Shown one piece after another: positions 1-9,536 of a stretch of 64,000 nucleotides of DNA. The stretch comes from Deltaproteobacteria bacterium (GTDB taxonomy: Bacteria; Myxococcota_A; UBA9160; SMWR01). A program made the position numbers and the translations under genes. The notes below the pieces were generated by a model, which searched no databases, was not told the DNA's origin, and was given only the letters and a program-made list of their open reading frames with translations. Within the stretch, counting starts at the first letter, position 1; the number at the start of each line of letters is the position of its first letter. The DNA lies in contig JAQBHB010000047.1 of the NCBI GenBank assembly GCA_032128115.1, positions 128,001 to 192,000 of the forward strand. Direction: 5' to 3'.

Positions 1-683
1 GCCGGCGTGCGGGCGCCGTCGAAGAACACCTCGCTGAACTCCGAGTCGCCGGTCATCTGCACGATGGGCCGGATCTCGACGCCGTCCTGGCGCATGGGCA
101 CCAGCAGGTAGGCGAGGCCCCGGTGCTTGGGGGCGTCCGGGTCGCTGCGGCAGAGCACGAAGCACCAGTCGGCCCACGCGGCCCACGAGGTCCAGACCTT
201 CTGGCCGTCGATCACCCACTCGTCGCCCTCGAGGCGCGCGCGGGTCTGCACGTTGGCCAGGTCGGAACCGGCGTTGGGCTCCGAGTAGCCCTGGCACCAG
301 ATCTCTTCGCCCTTCACGATGCCCGGAAGGAAGCGTTGCTTCTGTTGCTCGTTGCCGAAGGCGAGGATCGTGGGGCCGAGCATGCCCTCGCCGATCAGAC
401 CCAGTCGGCCGGGGCCGTCGGCCCGGGAATACTCCTCGTAGAAGATCACCTGCTGCATCAGGCTGGCGCCGCGCCCCCCATGCTCGCGGGACCACCCCAC
501 GCAGGTCCAACCTGCCTCGCCCAGCTTCCGCTCCCAGGCGCGGCGTTCGTCGAGCAGGGCGTGCTCGTCGCCGGGGCCGCCGCGTCCGCGCAATACGGCG
601 AATTCGCCTGCGAGGTGGTCGCCCATCCAACCGGCAATCTCGCCGCGAAACGCCTCGTCTTCTTCGCTGAATCGCAGATGCAT
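1..683 (-). CDS. ipdE1: Acyl-CoA dehydrogenase, FadE30/IpdE1-like (steroid C/D-ring, HIP catabolism); runs off the window's left edge
   Basis: Manual translation from the ATG at 683: MHLRFSEEDEAFRGEIAGWMGDHLAGEFAVLRGRGGPGDEH...WCQGYSEPNAGSDLA...IDGQKVWTS...FSEVFFD. It closely parallels mycobacterial FadE30 and is divergent from fadD3, as in M. tuberculosis. Not in the ORF track because its stop lies outside the window. Confidence 0.85.
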   Translation of the reverse strand, partial: MHLRFSEEDEAFRGEIAGWMGDHLAGEFAVLRGRGGPGDEHALLDERRAWERKLGEAGWTCVGWSREHGGRGASLMQQVIFYEEYSRADGPGRLGLIGEGMLGPTILAFGNEQQKQRFLPGIVKGEEIWCQGYSEPNAGSDLANVQTRARLEGDEWVIDGQKVWTSWAAWADWCFVLCRSDPDAPKHRGLAYLLVPMRQDGVEIRPIVQMTGDSEFSEVFFDGARTP

Positions 684-724
684 GGGGGCTCGGAGTTCGA
701 ATAGATGCGTTGCGGATACTAAGA

Positions 725-744
725 TACGATACGGCGCGTATGCA
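725..744. promoter_or_regulatory. Candidate TetR operator / -10 region overlapping the fadD3 start
   Basis: TACGATAC-GGCG-CGTAT, with inner palindrome ATAC-N5-GTAT. It matches the site at 7794-7813. Confidence 0.5.
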
Positions 745-2326
745 AGAAGCCCCGCTCAGCGACGAGCGCACGATTCCGCGACTCGTGCGGGCGGCGGCCG
801 CGCGCTACTCCGATCGCAGCGCAATCGAAGACGGCCCCGTGACCCTGAGCTTCGCCGAGCTGGGTGAAGCCGCACTCGGCGCGGCCCGGGCCTTTCTGGC
901 CGCGGGCGTCGAACGCGGCGACCGGGTCGGTGTCTGGGCGCCCAACATCGCCGAGTGGGTGGTGTCTGCCATTGGCGTGCAGATGGCGGGCGCCGTGCTG
1001 GTGCCGCTGAGCACCCGCTTCAAGCGTGCCGAGGCGGGCTACGTGCTGCGAAAGAGCGGTGCAAAGCTGCTCTGCACGGTGGGCGATTTCCTCGGAACCA
1101 ACTACGCCGACACCCTGGAAGGCGAAGACCTTCCGTCGCTCGAAGCCGTGATCTGTCTGCGCGGCGGGTCGAAGGCCGGCATCCCCTGGCAGGAGTTTCT
1201 CGATCGGGGCGACACGGTGTCGAGGGGCACAGCACTGGAACGCGCGGATTCGGTGTCGCCCGACGATCTCTCGGATCTCCTCTTCACGTCGGGCACGACC
1301 GGCAATCCCAAGGGTGTCATGGCCACCCACGCCCAGAGCCTGAAGGTTTTCGACGTCTGGAGCGATGTGGTGGGGCTGCGCGAAGGCGATCGCTACCTGA
1401 TCGTGAATCCCTTCTTCCACACCTTCGGCTACAAGGCGGGCTGGCTCTCGTGCATCCTGCGCGGCGCTACGGCACTCCCCCACGCGGTTTTCGACGTGGA
1501 CGAGGTGCTCGCTCGGGTGGGATCCGAGCGGATCAACGTGCTGCCGGGGCCGCCGACGCTCTACCAGTCGATTCTCGCCCACCCGGATCGCTCGAAGTAC
1601 GACCTCTCGAGTCTGCGTCTCGCGGTGACCGGGGCTGCGGCCGTACCCGTGGAGATGATCCACCGCATGCGCGACGAACTGGGCTTCGAGACGATCGTAA
1701 CGGCCTACGGGCTGACCGAGTGCACGGGCATGGTGAGCATCTGCCGCCCGGGCGACGATCCCGAGATCATCGCCACCACATCGGGTCGAGCCATCCCGGA
1801 CGTGGAGGTGCGCTGTGTCGATCCGGACGGCGCGCCCGTTCCGGCCGGCGAGCCCGGCGAGGTGGTGGTGCGCGGATACAACGTGATGAAGGGCTACTAC
1901 GAGGACGCCTCGGAGACCGCTGCAACCATCGACGAAGACGGCTGGCTTCATACCGGCGACATTGCCGTGATGGACGCCCAGGGCAACCTGCGGATCACCG
2001 ACCGCATCAAGGACATGTACATCGCCGGCGGCTTCAACTGCTATCCGGCCGAGATCGAGAACCTGATGTTCGCCCACCCGGACATCGCCCAGGTGGCGGT
2101 GATCGGGATCGCAGACGAGCGCATGGGCGAGGTGGGAATGGCCTTCGTGGTGCCGGTGGCGGGCAAGACGCTCGAGCCGGACGCCATCATCACCTGGTGC
2201 CGCGACCAGATGTCGAACTACAAGGTGCCGCGCCGGGTTTCCGTGGTCGACGGGCTTCCCGTGAACGCCTCGGGCAAGGTGATGAAGTTCGTGCTGCGGC
2301 AGCGCGCACAGGAGGAAACGGCGTGA
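740..2326 (+). CDS. fadD3: FadD3-like HIP-CoA ligase (AMP-binding)
   Basis: Motifs LFTSGTTGNPKG, NPFFHTFGYKAG, VLPGPPTLYQS, TAYGLTE, ITDRIKDMYIAGGFNCYPAE are characteristic of FadD3. ATG at 740. Confidence 0.85.
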   Translation: MQEAPLSDERTIPRLVRAAAARYSDRSAIEDGPVTLSFAELGEAALGAARAFLAAGVERGDRVGVWAPNIAEWVVSAIGVQMAGAVLVPLSTRFKRAEAGYVLRKSGAKLLCTVGDFLGTNYADTLEGEDLPSLEAVICLRGGSKAGIPWQEFLDRGDTVSRGTALERADSVSPDDLSDLLFTSGTTGNPKGVMATHAQSLKVFDVWSDVVGLREGDRYLIVNPFFHTFGYKAGWLSCILRGATALPHAVFDVDEVLARVGSERINVLPGPPTLYQSILAHPDRSKYDLSSLRLAVTGAAAVPVEMIHRMRDELGFETIVTAYGLTECTGMVSICRPGDDPEIIATTSGRAIPDVEVRCVDPDGAPVPAGEPGEVVVRGYNVMKGYYEDASETAATIDEDGWLHTGDIAVMDAQGNLRITDRIKDMYIAGGFNCYPAEIENLMFAHPDIAQVAVIGIADERMGEVGMAFVVPVAGKTLEPDAIITWCRDQMSNYKVPRRVSVVDGLPVNASGKVMKFVLRQRAQEETA

Positions 2327-3861
2327 TCCGGGCCGAGGGACTCTGGTCGCTGATCGAGATGCGCGCCGAAGAGACTCCCGACTCCCTGTTCGCAGTGGAC
2401 GAGGACGATCGCACGCTCCGCTTCGCCGATTATCGCGCGGCGGCCGAACGCTGTGCCGCGGGTCTGGCAGAGCGTGGTGTCGGCGCGGGCGACTGTGTCT
2501 CGTGGCAGCTTCCGACGAACTTCGAGTCCATGATCCTGGCGGGCGCGCTGTCGCGCCTTGGCGCCGTCCAGAATCCGATTCTCCCCATCTATCGCGAGCG
2601 CGAGGTGGGGTTTGCGGTGGCCCAGACCGGCGCTCGGCTGCTGGCGGTGCCTCCCGTATTCCGGGGCTTCGACCACGCGGCGATGGCGCACCGCATCGCC
2701 GCCGGGTGCGACGGTCTGGAGGTGTTGGTGGTGGACGGCTCGCTCCCGGAGGGAGACCCGTCGAAGCTCCCGCCGCCGCCGCCCGGAGACGACTCCGTGC
2801 GCTGGGTGTTCTACACGTCGGGAACCACCGCCGACCCCAAGGGTGCTCTCCACAGCGACCGCACGATCCTTGCGGCCTTTTTCGCCATGAGCGAGCGGCT
2901 CGAGATGCGGCCCGACGACCGGGTGGCGCTGGTTTTCCCGTTCACGCACATCGGGGGCATCGGCTGGCTCGTGATCGGTCTGGCGGCGGGCTGCGCGCAC
3001 ATCGCGATCCCCACCTTCGATCCCAAACGGAGCATCGACGTGCTGGCGCGTCACGGCGTGACCCAGGCCACCGCGGGCACCATCTTCCACCAGGCCTATC
3101 TCGCGGCCCAGCGCGAGCGCGGGGGCGCAGTGTTGTTTCCGGAGGTGCGCGCGTTTCCCGGAGGCGGTGCGCCCAAGCCGCCAAAGCTCCACTACGACAT
3201 CAAGAAGGAGATGGGAGGCGCGGGCATCGTGTCGGGCTACGGCCTCACCGAGTGTCCGGTGCTCGCCATGGGTTCCCCGCACGACCCGGACGAGAAGCTG
3301 GCCCATACCGAGGGGCGCGCGAGCCCGGCGGGCCTCGAGATCCGGGTGGTGAAGCTCGACGGGTCGGTGGCCGTCGTCGGCGAGGAGGGCGAGATCCACG
3401 CTCGCGGCCCGCAGCTCTGCAAGGGCTACCTGGACGAGGCACTCAACGCCGACGCCTTCGACAGCGACGGCTTCTTCCGCACCGGAGATCTGGGCACGCT
3501 CGATGCCGAGGGTTACGTGGTGATCACCGGGCGCCTGAAGGACATCATCATTCGCAAGGGCGAGAACATCAGCGCCAAGGAAGTGGAAGACCTCCTGTTC
3601 CAGCACCCGAAAGTGGCGGACGTGGGCGTGATCGGTCTTCCGGATCCCGACACGGGAGAGCGCGCCTGCGCCGTGGTGGCCTGCCGCAGCGCCGAGGAGC
3701 CGCTCAGCTTCGAAGAGATGGGCGCATTCTTGAAGAAGCAGGGACTCATGCTGCAGAAGGTTCCCGAGCGCCTGGAACTCGTGGACGAACTGCCCCGCAA
3801 CCCCACCGGCAAGATCCTGAAGCACGAGCTGCGCAAGCGTTACGATTCTACGCCTTCGTGA
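2323..3861 (+). CDS. Acyl-CoA synthetase (cyclohexanecarboxylate-CoA-ligase-like)
   Basis: GTG start overlaps the fadD3 stop (GTGA), with GGAGG upstream. Motifs FYTSGTTADPKG, GYGLTE, FRTGDLG, GRLKDIIIRKGENIS. Confidence 0.88.
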   Translation: MIRAEGLWSLIEMRAEETPDSLFAVDEDDRTLRFADYRAAAERCAAGLAERGVGAGDCVSWQLPTNFESMILAGALSRLGAVQNPILPIYREREVGFAVAQTGARLLAVPPVFRGFDHAAMAHRIAAGCDGLEVLVVDGSLPEGDPSKLPPPPPGDDSVRWVFYTSGTTADPKGALHSDRTILAAFFAMSERLEMRPDDRVALVFPFTHIGGIGWLVIGLAAGCAHIAIPTFDPKRSIDVLARHGVTQATAGTIFHQAYLAAQRERGGAVLFPEVRAFPGGGAPKPPKLHYDIKKEMGGAGIVSGYGLTECPVLAMGSPHDPDEKLAHTEGRASPAGLEIRVVKLDGSVAVVGEEGEIHARGPQLCKGYLDEALNADAFDSDGFFRTGDLGTLDAEGYVVITGRLKDIIIRKGENISAKEVEDLLFQHPKVADVGVIGLPDPDTGERACAVVACRSAEEPLSFEEMGAFLKKQGLMLQKVPERLELVDELPRNPTGKILKHELRKRYDSTPS

Positions 3862-4465
3862 TCGGGATGTGTCTCGGTTGCGAAGCAACCCGCCCGCACC
3901 AGCTGCGCACGGCCGGGTAGGGCGCCAGGTCGTAGCCCCCCTCCGATGCCACGTGGGTGTAGGCGTAGAGCGCGATGTCCGCGATCGAGTACGCGGGGGG
4001 CACGAAGAAATCGTGCACCGCCAGATGGTTCTCCATCACCTGGAGGGCCGCGTGGCCCCGTTCGTACTTCTCGGGAAGCTGCTCGCGCTTTTCGTCCAGG
4101 AGCCCGGCGTGGGCCCAGAACCGGGGAACCGCGATGAAGGGTTCGTGGCTGTATTGCTCGAAGAACATCCACTGGAGCACGCGGGCGCGGTCGAGGGGTG
4201 CGGTTGGCAGCAGCGGGCTGCCCTCGGCCAGGAACCACTGGATGGCGTTCGACTCGGCCAGGTGGGTGCCGTCGGAAAGCTCCAGTAGCGGGATGCGGCC
4301 GTTCGGGTTCCTCGCCAGAAAACCGGGCGTGCGCGTCTCGCCGCGCAGGATGTCGAGCTCGACCCGCTCGATTGGAAGTCCCAGCTGCGCCAACAGCAGG
4401 CGCACCTTGTAACCGTTCCCCGACTCCAGGAAATCGTAGAGCCGCACCGGTTTTGAAACTGACAC
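3848..4465 (-). CDS. Glutathione S-transferase family protein
   Basis: SGNGYKVRLLL, NPNGRIP, ESNAI, WMFFEQYSHEP, SIADIALYAY. GTG at 4465 with a GGGAGG SD. Confidence 0.9.
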   Translation of the reverse strand: MSVSKPVRLYDFLESGNGYKVRLLLAQLGLPIERVELDILRGETRTPGFLARNPNGRIPLLELSDGTHLAESNAIQWFLAEGSPLLPTAPLDRARVLQWMFFEQYSHEPFIAVPRFWAHAGLLDEKREQLPEKYERGHAALQVMENHLAVHDFFVPPAYSIADIALYAYTHVASEGGYDLAPYPAVRSWCGRVASQPRHIPITKA

Positions 4466-4653
4466 CGCAGCCTCCCGCCGCCTATGATACCCGGGCATGG
4501 ATGATGTCTCCGACAGCGTTGCAGCGTGCTGTCTAGCAGGACCCGGGTCGCATGTCGTCTCGCGTGCCGTCATGGAGGCCGATTGAAGCGGTCGAAACCA
4601 GGGAGGCGGGCCCGGGGGTGGGCGTTCGCGTTTGCGCCAGGGGGGAGATTCGA

Positions 4654-5622
4654 ATGAGTGACGAAGACGGGCTCATCTGCGCGTACCGGATCAACGAGCA
4701 CGGCAGGGGTGAAAGTCTCGACTGGAGCGATCTCTCTGCCGGCGACCGTGGGTTTCTCTGGGTCCACCTCGATCTGGAATCGGAACGCGCCAGGCAGTGG
4801 GTACGAGAAGAGAGCGGGCTCTCGGAGATCGAGGCCGATGCCGTTCTGGCCGAGGAAACACGCCCGCGAGCCACCTCAATGGGAGAAGGGCTGGTCCTCA
4901 TCCTGCGTGGCGTCAACCTCAACCCCGGCGCCGATCCGGAAGACATGGTCGCCGTTCGCATGTGGGCCGATGCGAATCGCGTGATCAGCGTGCGCCGTCG
5001 GCGTTTGCTCGCAGTGGCGGATGTTCGCGAGAGCCTGGCCACCGGCCGGGGCCCGAGAAATGTGGGTGAGTTCATCGCCGAGCTGGCGGAGCGGCTCGTC
5101 GAGCGAATGGCTGGCGTGCTTGGGGAGCTGGACGAGGACCTGGATGCGATTGAAGAGGGCGTCGAAGTCACAGCAACGGGCCACACTCGCGCGAGGCTCC
5201 TCGAATTGAGGCGCCGCGCCATCTCGTTGCGGCGCTACCTCTCTCCGCAACGGGACGCACTTGTGCGGGTCGCGACCGAGCGGATTCCGTGGTTGGGCGA
5301 GCGGGAACGCCTCCAGCTGCGAGAGGTGTTGGACCGGACCACGAGGTACGTCGAGGACCTGGAGGCCGCGCGCGAGCGCGCTGCGGTCACGCACGAGGAG
5401 CTGGCGGGTCGCCTCTCCGAGGAACTCAATCAGCGCATCTATGCGCTGTCCATCGTCGCTGGCGTCTTCTTGCCCCTCAGCTTCGTCACGGGCCTGCTGG
5501 GCATCAACGTGGCGGGCATCCCGGGCGCGGAGACGTGGTGGGCGTTCGCGGGGGTCAGTGGCTCTCTTGTCTTTCTCGCACTGGGTGAGATCGTTCTGTT
5601 CCGCCGGCTCGGCTGGCTCTAG
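4654..5622 (+). CDS. zntB: Zinc transporter ZntB (CorA family)
   Basis: LLAEETRPR-like segment, LILRGVNLNPGADPEDMV, C-terminal TM pair with GLLGINVAGIPG. Confidence 0.88.
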   Translation: MSDEDGLICAYRINEHGRGESLDWSDLSAGDRGFLWVHLDLESERARQWVREESGLSEIEADAVLAEETRPRATSMGEGLVLILRGVNLNPGADPEDMVAVRMWADANRVISVRRRRLLAVADVRESLATGRGPRNVGEFIAELAERLVERMAGVLGELDEDLDAIEEGVEVTATGHTRARLLELRRRAISLRRYLSPQRDALVRVATERIPWLGERERLQLREVLDRTTRYVEDLEAARERAAVTHEELAGRLSEELNQRIYALSIVAGVFLPLSFVTGLLGINVAGIPGAETWWAFAGVSGSLVFLALGEIVLFRRLGWL

Positions 5623-7138
5623 CGGATTCCTCGCGCGCGGCGAGGCGCCGAGCTACTGGCTCACGCGCTTCGTATTCCTTCGCGGCCTGGGATTGCTGTA
5701 CTTCGTGGCCTTCTTCTCGTTGGCGAACCAGCTGCTCGCGCTGATCGGCTCCGAAGGGCTGCTGCCCGTGCAGCTCTACCTGGATCGCATCTCGCCCGAG
5801 GGCATGGGACCCGTCGGCGTCTTCCTGAATCGCCCCACGCTCTTCTGGGCGAACGCCTCGGACGAGATGCTCCTGGGTGCCTGCTGGGTCGGCGTGGCGC
5901 TCTCACTGGTGGTCGCGTGCGGCTATGCGAACTCGCTGCTGCTGCTTCTGCTGTGGTTCCTCTACATGTCGTTCATCCACGTGGGGCAGACATGGTTCAG
6001 CTTCGGGTGGGAGATCCAGCTGTTGGAGACCGGCCTGTTGGGAGTGTTCCTGTGTCCGCTCCTGGATGGGCGGCCGTTTCCGCGCACACCGCCTCCCCAG
6101 GCCGTGGTGTGGCTGCTGCGCTGGCTGATCTTCCGGATCATGATCGGTGCCGGGCTCATCAAGCTGCGCGGCGATCCCTGCTGGCGGGATCTCACGTGCC
6201 TGCTCTACCACTATGAAACCCAGCCGGTTCCCCATCCCCTGAGCTGGCTCCTGCACTCCATGCCCGCCTGGTTCCACAGTCTGGGAGTGGGGCTCAATCA
6301 CTTCGTCGAGCTGGTGGTTCCCTGGTTCGTATTCGGGCCGCGGCCCGTGCGGCACGCGGCGGGCGTTGCCCTCGTGGGCTTCCAGGTCGTCCTGATCCTG
6401 ACGGGAAACTTCGCGTTCCTGAACCACCTGACGATCCTGCCCGCGCTGGCCTGCTTCGACGATCGCCTGTGGCAACGTGTGCTTCCCGTACGTCTGGTGG
6501 CGGCCGCAGGTCGCGCGGGCGAGCGAGCGCGCCCGTCGCGCGCGCAGACCGCCACGGTGGGAGTCTGGGTCGCGGTGGTGGCGGTGCTGAGCATCCAGCC
6601 GGTGCTGAACCTGCTTTCGGAGCGTCAGATCATGTCCACGTCATACGACCCGATCCACGCCGTGAACACCTACGGCCTGTTTGGCAGCATCGGGCGTCAT
6701 CGCAACGAGGTGGTGCTGCAGGGCACCCACGACCCGGAGATCACCGAGAACACGGTCTGGATCGAATACGAGTGGAAGTGCAAACCGGGCGATCCGCGCA
6801 AGCGGCCCTGCCTGATCACGCCGTACCATTACCGGCTCGACTGGCTGATCTGGTTTGCCGCCCTGTCGAACTACGAGCGCCACCCGTGGCTGGTCCACCT
6901 GGGCTGGAAGCTGCTGCACAACGACCCGGGCGCTCTCAGCCTGTTGGCGCGCAACCCGTTCCCGGACGAACCGCCCCGCTTCGTGCGGGCCGAGCTGTAT
7001 CGCTACACCTTCACGCGCCCGGGAGACGACAGCGATGCGTGGTGGACGCGTCGACACCTGCGCGCCTACATGCCGCTGCTGTCCACCGACAGCGAACCGC
7101 TCCGGCACTTCCTGAGCCGCTACGGGTGGCTTCCGTAG
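5585..7138 (+). CDS. Lipase maturation factor (LMF1) family membrane protein; start uncertain (GTG 5585 or 5558, inside zntB)
   Basis: YWLTRFVFLRGLG, FSFGWEIQLLETG, GAGLIKLRGDPCWRDLTCL.YHYETQPVP, KPGDP..RPCLITPYHYRLDW. Confidence 0.88.
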   Translation: MRSFCSAGSAGSSGFLARGEAPSYWLTRFVFLRGLGLLYFVAFFSLANQLLALIGSEGLLPVQLYLDRISPEGMGPVGVFLNRPTLFWANASDEMLLGACWVGVALSLVVACGYANSLLLLLLWFLYMSFIHVGQTWFSFGWEIQLLETGLLGVFLCPLLDGRPFPRTPPPQAVVWLLRWLIFRIMIGAGLIKLRGDPCWRDLTCLLYHYETQPVPHPLSWLLHSMPAWFHSLGVGLNHFVELVVPWFVFGPRPVRHAAGVALVGFQVVLILTGNFAFLNHLTILPALACFDDRLWQRVLPVRLVAAAGRAGERARPSRAQTATVGVWVAVVAVLSIQPVLNLLSERQIMSTSYDPIHAVNTYGLFGSIGRHRNEVVLQGTHDPEITENTVWIEYEWKCKPGDPRKRPCLITPYHYRLDWLIWFAALSNYERHPWLVHLGWKLLHNDPGALSLLARNPFPDEPPRFVRAELYRYTFTRPGDDSDAWWTRRHLRAYMPLLSTDSEPLRHFLSRYGWLP

Positions 7139-7142
7139 TCGA

Positions 7143-7745
7143 CTATTGCCCGCTCGAGGCGGGGGCGATGCCGCGCAGGGCCAGGTCGACCATGGGGCCC
7201 ACCATGCGCGGGCTCACCTTGCCGCCGGTGAAGAACAGGCGCACGGCGATGGGGCCCACCACGAGGTCGGCCGCCAGCTCCAGGTCCAGGTCGGGCGCAA
7301 TCTCGCCGCGCCCGACGGCCCGCTCGAAGGCGCGCACCAGCGGCTGGCGGCGACCCTTGATCACCGGATCGAACAGCTCGGAGAGCTGGGGGTCGTGGGC
7401 GCGCTCTCCCGCCAGGCTCGGCAGCACGGCGCCCAGGGGCGTCGAATGGAACAGCTGCAGGTAGCTGCGCAGCATCTTCTTCAGGTCTTCCACCAGACTC
7501 CCGGTGTCCACTTCCTCCAGGCGGGGCAACTCGCGGAAGGCCTCGATCACCAGCGGCAGCTTCGAGGGCCAACGCCGATAGATGGTGGCCTTGCCCACGC
7601 CCGCCCGGGTGGCGACCCCCTCGACGGTAAGCGCCGAAAATCCCACCTCCACCAGCAGTTCGAGGGTCGCGTCGAGAATGGCGCGGTGGGCCTCTTCGCT
7701 GCGCGGGCGGCCGGCACTCGACTGGTTTTCGCTGCGCGAACTCAC
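7143..7745 (-). CDS. TetR/AcrR family regulator
   Basis: GRPRSEEAH...LTVEGVATRAGVGKATIYRRWPSK HTH. GTG at 7745 with an AGAGGA SD. Confidence 0.92.
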   Translation of the reverse strand: MSSRSENQSSAGRPRSEEAHRAILDATLELLVEVGFSALTVEGVATRAGVGKATIYRRWPSKLPLVIEAFRELPRLEEVDTGSLVEDLKKMLRSYLQLFHSTPLGAVLPSLAGERAHDPQLSELFDPVIKGRRQPLVRAFERAVGRGEIAPDLDLELAADLVVGPIAVRLFFTGGKVSPRMVGPMVDLALRGIAPASSGQ

Positions 7746-7793
7746 GCTACGGTCCTCTGGGGCCGTTGTCCGGCTGTCACCGGGAATGGCATT

Positions 7794-7813
7794 TACGATA
7801 CTATACGTTTCGT
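7794..7813. promoter_or_regulatory. Inverted-repeat operator candidate between tetR and the kstD-like gene
   Basis: ACGATAC-TATAC-GTTTCGT (6/7 arm match), an AT-rich island in the divergent intergenic region. Confidence 0.6.
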
Positions 7814-7867
7814 TCTTGATCATCCCGCGCTCCGTGGCCCGGGAGTCAGCGATACGGGAGACGACGC

Positions 7868-9526
7868 ATGGCCGGCGCACCTGGAAAGTGGGACCTGGAA
7901 GTCGATCTCGTGGCGGTCGGCTCGGGCCTGGGCGGTGTCTCGGCAGCGATTGTCGCCCGCGACCGCGGCCTTTCCGTCGCGATCCTGGAGAAGGCTCCGC
8001 GCCTGGGTGGGGTGTCTGGATTCGGCGGTGGCGAGGTGTTCGTTCCCAACAACCACAAGATGCGCGAGCTGGGGATCGAAGACTCGGACGAGGCCGGGCG
8101 TCAGTATCTGGAATTCCTCACGGCCGGGTTTGCAGTGCCCGCTCATACCCGGAAGCTGCTGACGACCTGCAGGGAAGCGATCGAATACATGGGTCGCGAG
8201 GCGGGCGTGAAGTGGATCGCCGTGGAGGGACTTCCCGACTATTACTACCCGAAGGTTGCCGGTGCCCACGCAGGCGGCCGCTATCTCTCGGTCGATCTGT
8301 TCGAAGGATCGAGCCTGGGCGAGTGGCAGCAGAAGACCTATTCCATGACGCCCCACGTGCCGCCGGGGGCGCTCCACAAGGAGATGTATGCCTGGGGTGG
8401 GCTCGCCCGGGTGGTGGAGTGGGATTACGAGCTCATCGGGCAGCGGATCGCGAAGGATCTGCGAAGCTTTGGCCCGGGCCTGATGGGGTATTTCGTGAAG
8501 GCCGCGGTGATCGACCGCGAAATCCCCGCGTATACCGACACGCCTGTGCGCGAGCTGGTCACCGAGAACGGAGAGGTGATCGGAGTTCGCGCCGAACGCG
8601 ATGGCGCCGACTTCTTCGTGCGTGCCCGCCGGGGTGTGGTCCTCGCCGTTGGCGGCTACGACCACAACCGGGAGATGGCGCGCCAGTTCGAGGGCATGCC
8701 CGACTGGAATTCGGCTTGCCCGCCCTACCTGGATGGGGACAACATCGTGATGGGGGGCGAGATCGGCGCAGCACTTTTCGCGGTGCCCTCGCAGAACCTG
8801 GGCATGTTCTACGGCTACAACATCCCGGGCGAGGAGACCGACGGAAAGCCCCTGTACCGGGCATCGTGGGAATGCGGCGTGCCCCACGCCATCTGGGTGA
8901 ACAAGAAGGGCGAGCGCTTTTGCGACGAGGCCACCTACAAGGACTACCAGCCGCGGCTGCGCCAATGGGACGGTCAGAAGCAGGAGATGCCCAACATCCC
9001 CCCCTGTCTGATCTTCGACCAGAACTATCGCGACCGTTATCCGTTGGGCTCGTTCATGCCCGGGCAGGAGATTCCCGCGGAGCTGGCCGTGCAGGCAGAC
9101 ACGCCTCGCGAGCTGGCCGGGAAGATCGGCGTCGATCCGGATGGGCTCGAGCGCACCCTGGATCGCTTCAACCGGTACGCAGAGAAGGGCGAGGATCCCG
9201 ATTTCAACCGGGGCTCGTTTGCGTGGTCGGTGCGCCTGGTGGGCGATATGTCGTACCCGAACCCCTGTATCGGCCCCCTGAACAAGCCGCCCTACTACGG
9301 GGTGCGCCTGGTGCCGGTCAGCGTGGGCATCAACTCCCACGGACTCAAGACCGACACCGACGCCCGGGTGATCCACCTGCGCGGCCACGTGATCCCTGGT
9401 TTCTATGCCGTGGGCAACTCGGCGGCCCTCCAGGACCTGGGCGGTGGCTACCAGAGCGGGACCTCCAACATGCGTGCGATCACCTGGGGCTACATCGCTG
9501 GCCGCCATGCGGCCGACGAGGACTGA
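7868..9526 (+). CDS. FAD-binding 3-ketosteroid dehydrogenase (KstD-like, FAD_binding_2)
   Basis: VGSGLGG Rossmann motif, LEKAPRLGGVS, PDYYYP, AIWVNKKGERFCDE, GEDPDFNRG, IPGFYAVGN. Confidence 0.78.
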   Translation: MAGAPGKWDLEVDLVAVGSGLGGVSAAIVARDRGLSVAILEKAPRLGGVSGFGGGEVFVPNNHKMRELGIEDSDEAGRQYLEFLTAGFAVPAHTRKLLTTCREAIEYMGREAGVKWIAVEGLPDYYYPKVAGAHAGGRYLSVDLFEGSSLGEWQQKTYSMTPHVPPGALHKEMYAWGGLARVVEWDYELIGQRIAKDLRSFGPGLMGYFVKAAVIDREIPAYTDTPVRELVTENGEVIGVRAERDGADFFVRARRGVVLAVGGYDHNREMARQFEGMPDWNSACPPYLDGDNIVMGGEIGAALFAVPSQNLGMFYGYNIPGEETDGKPLYRASWECGVPHAIWVNKKGERFCDEATYKDYQPRLRQWDGQKQEMPNIPPCLIFDQNYRDRYPLGSFMPGQEIPAELAVQADTPRELAGKIGVDPDGLERTLDRFNRYAEKGEDPDFNRGSFAWSVRLVGDMSYPNPCIGPLNKPPYYGVRLVPVSVGINSHGLKTDTDARVIHLRGHVIPGFYAVGNSAALQDLGGGYQSGTSNMRAITWGYIAGRHAADED

Positions 9527-9536
9527 GGCGAGAGCG

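Noticed and set aside
684..739. KstR2 box between ipdE1 and fadD3
   Set aside because: AnCAAGnnCTTGnT is not present; a different motif is reported instead.
955..3861. 968-aa ORF suggesting a giant or fused ligase
   Set aside because: The N-terminal half is an off-frame shadow of fadD3. The real gene starts at GTG 2323 with an SD and a GTGA overlap.
4466..4653. Metal-sensing riboswitch upstream of zntB
   Set aside because: No yybP-ykoY, NiCo or M-box consensus is recognisable; there is only a short GACAGC/GCTGTC stem.
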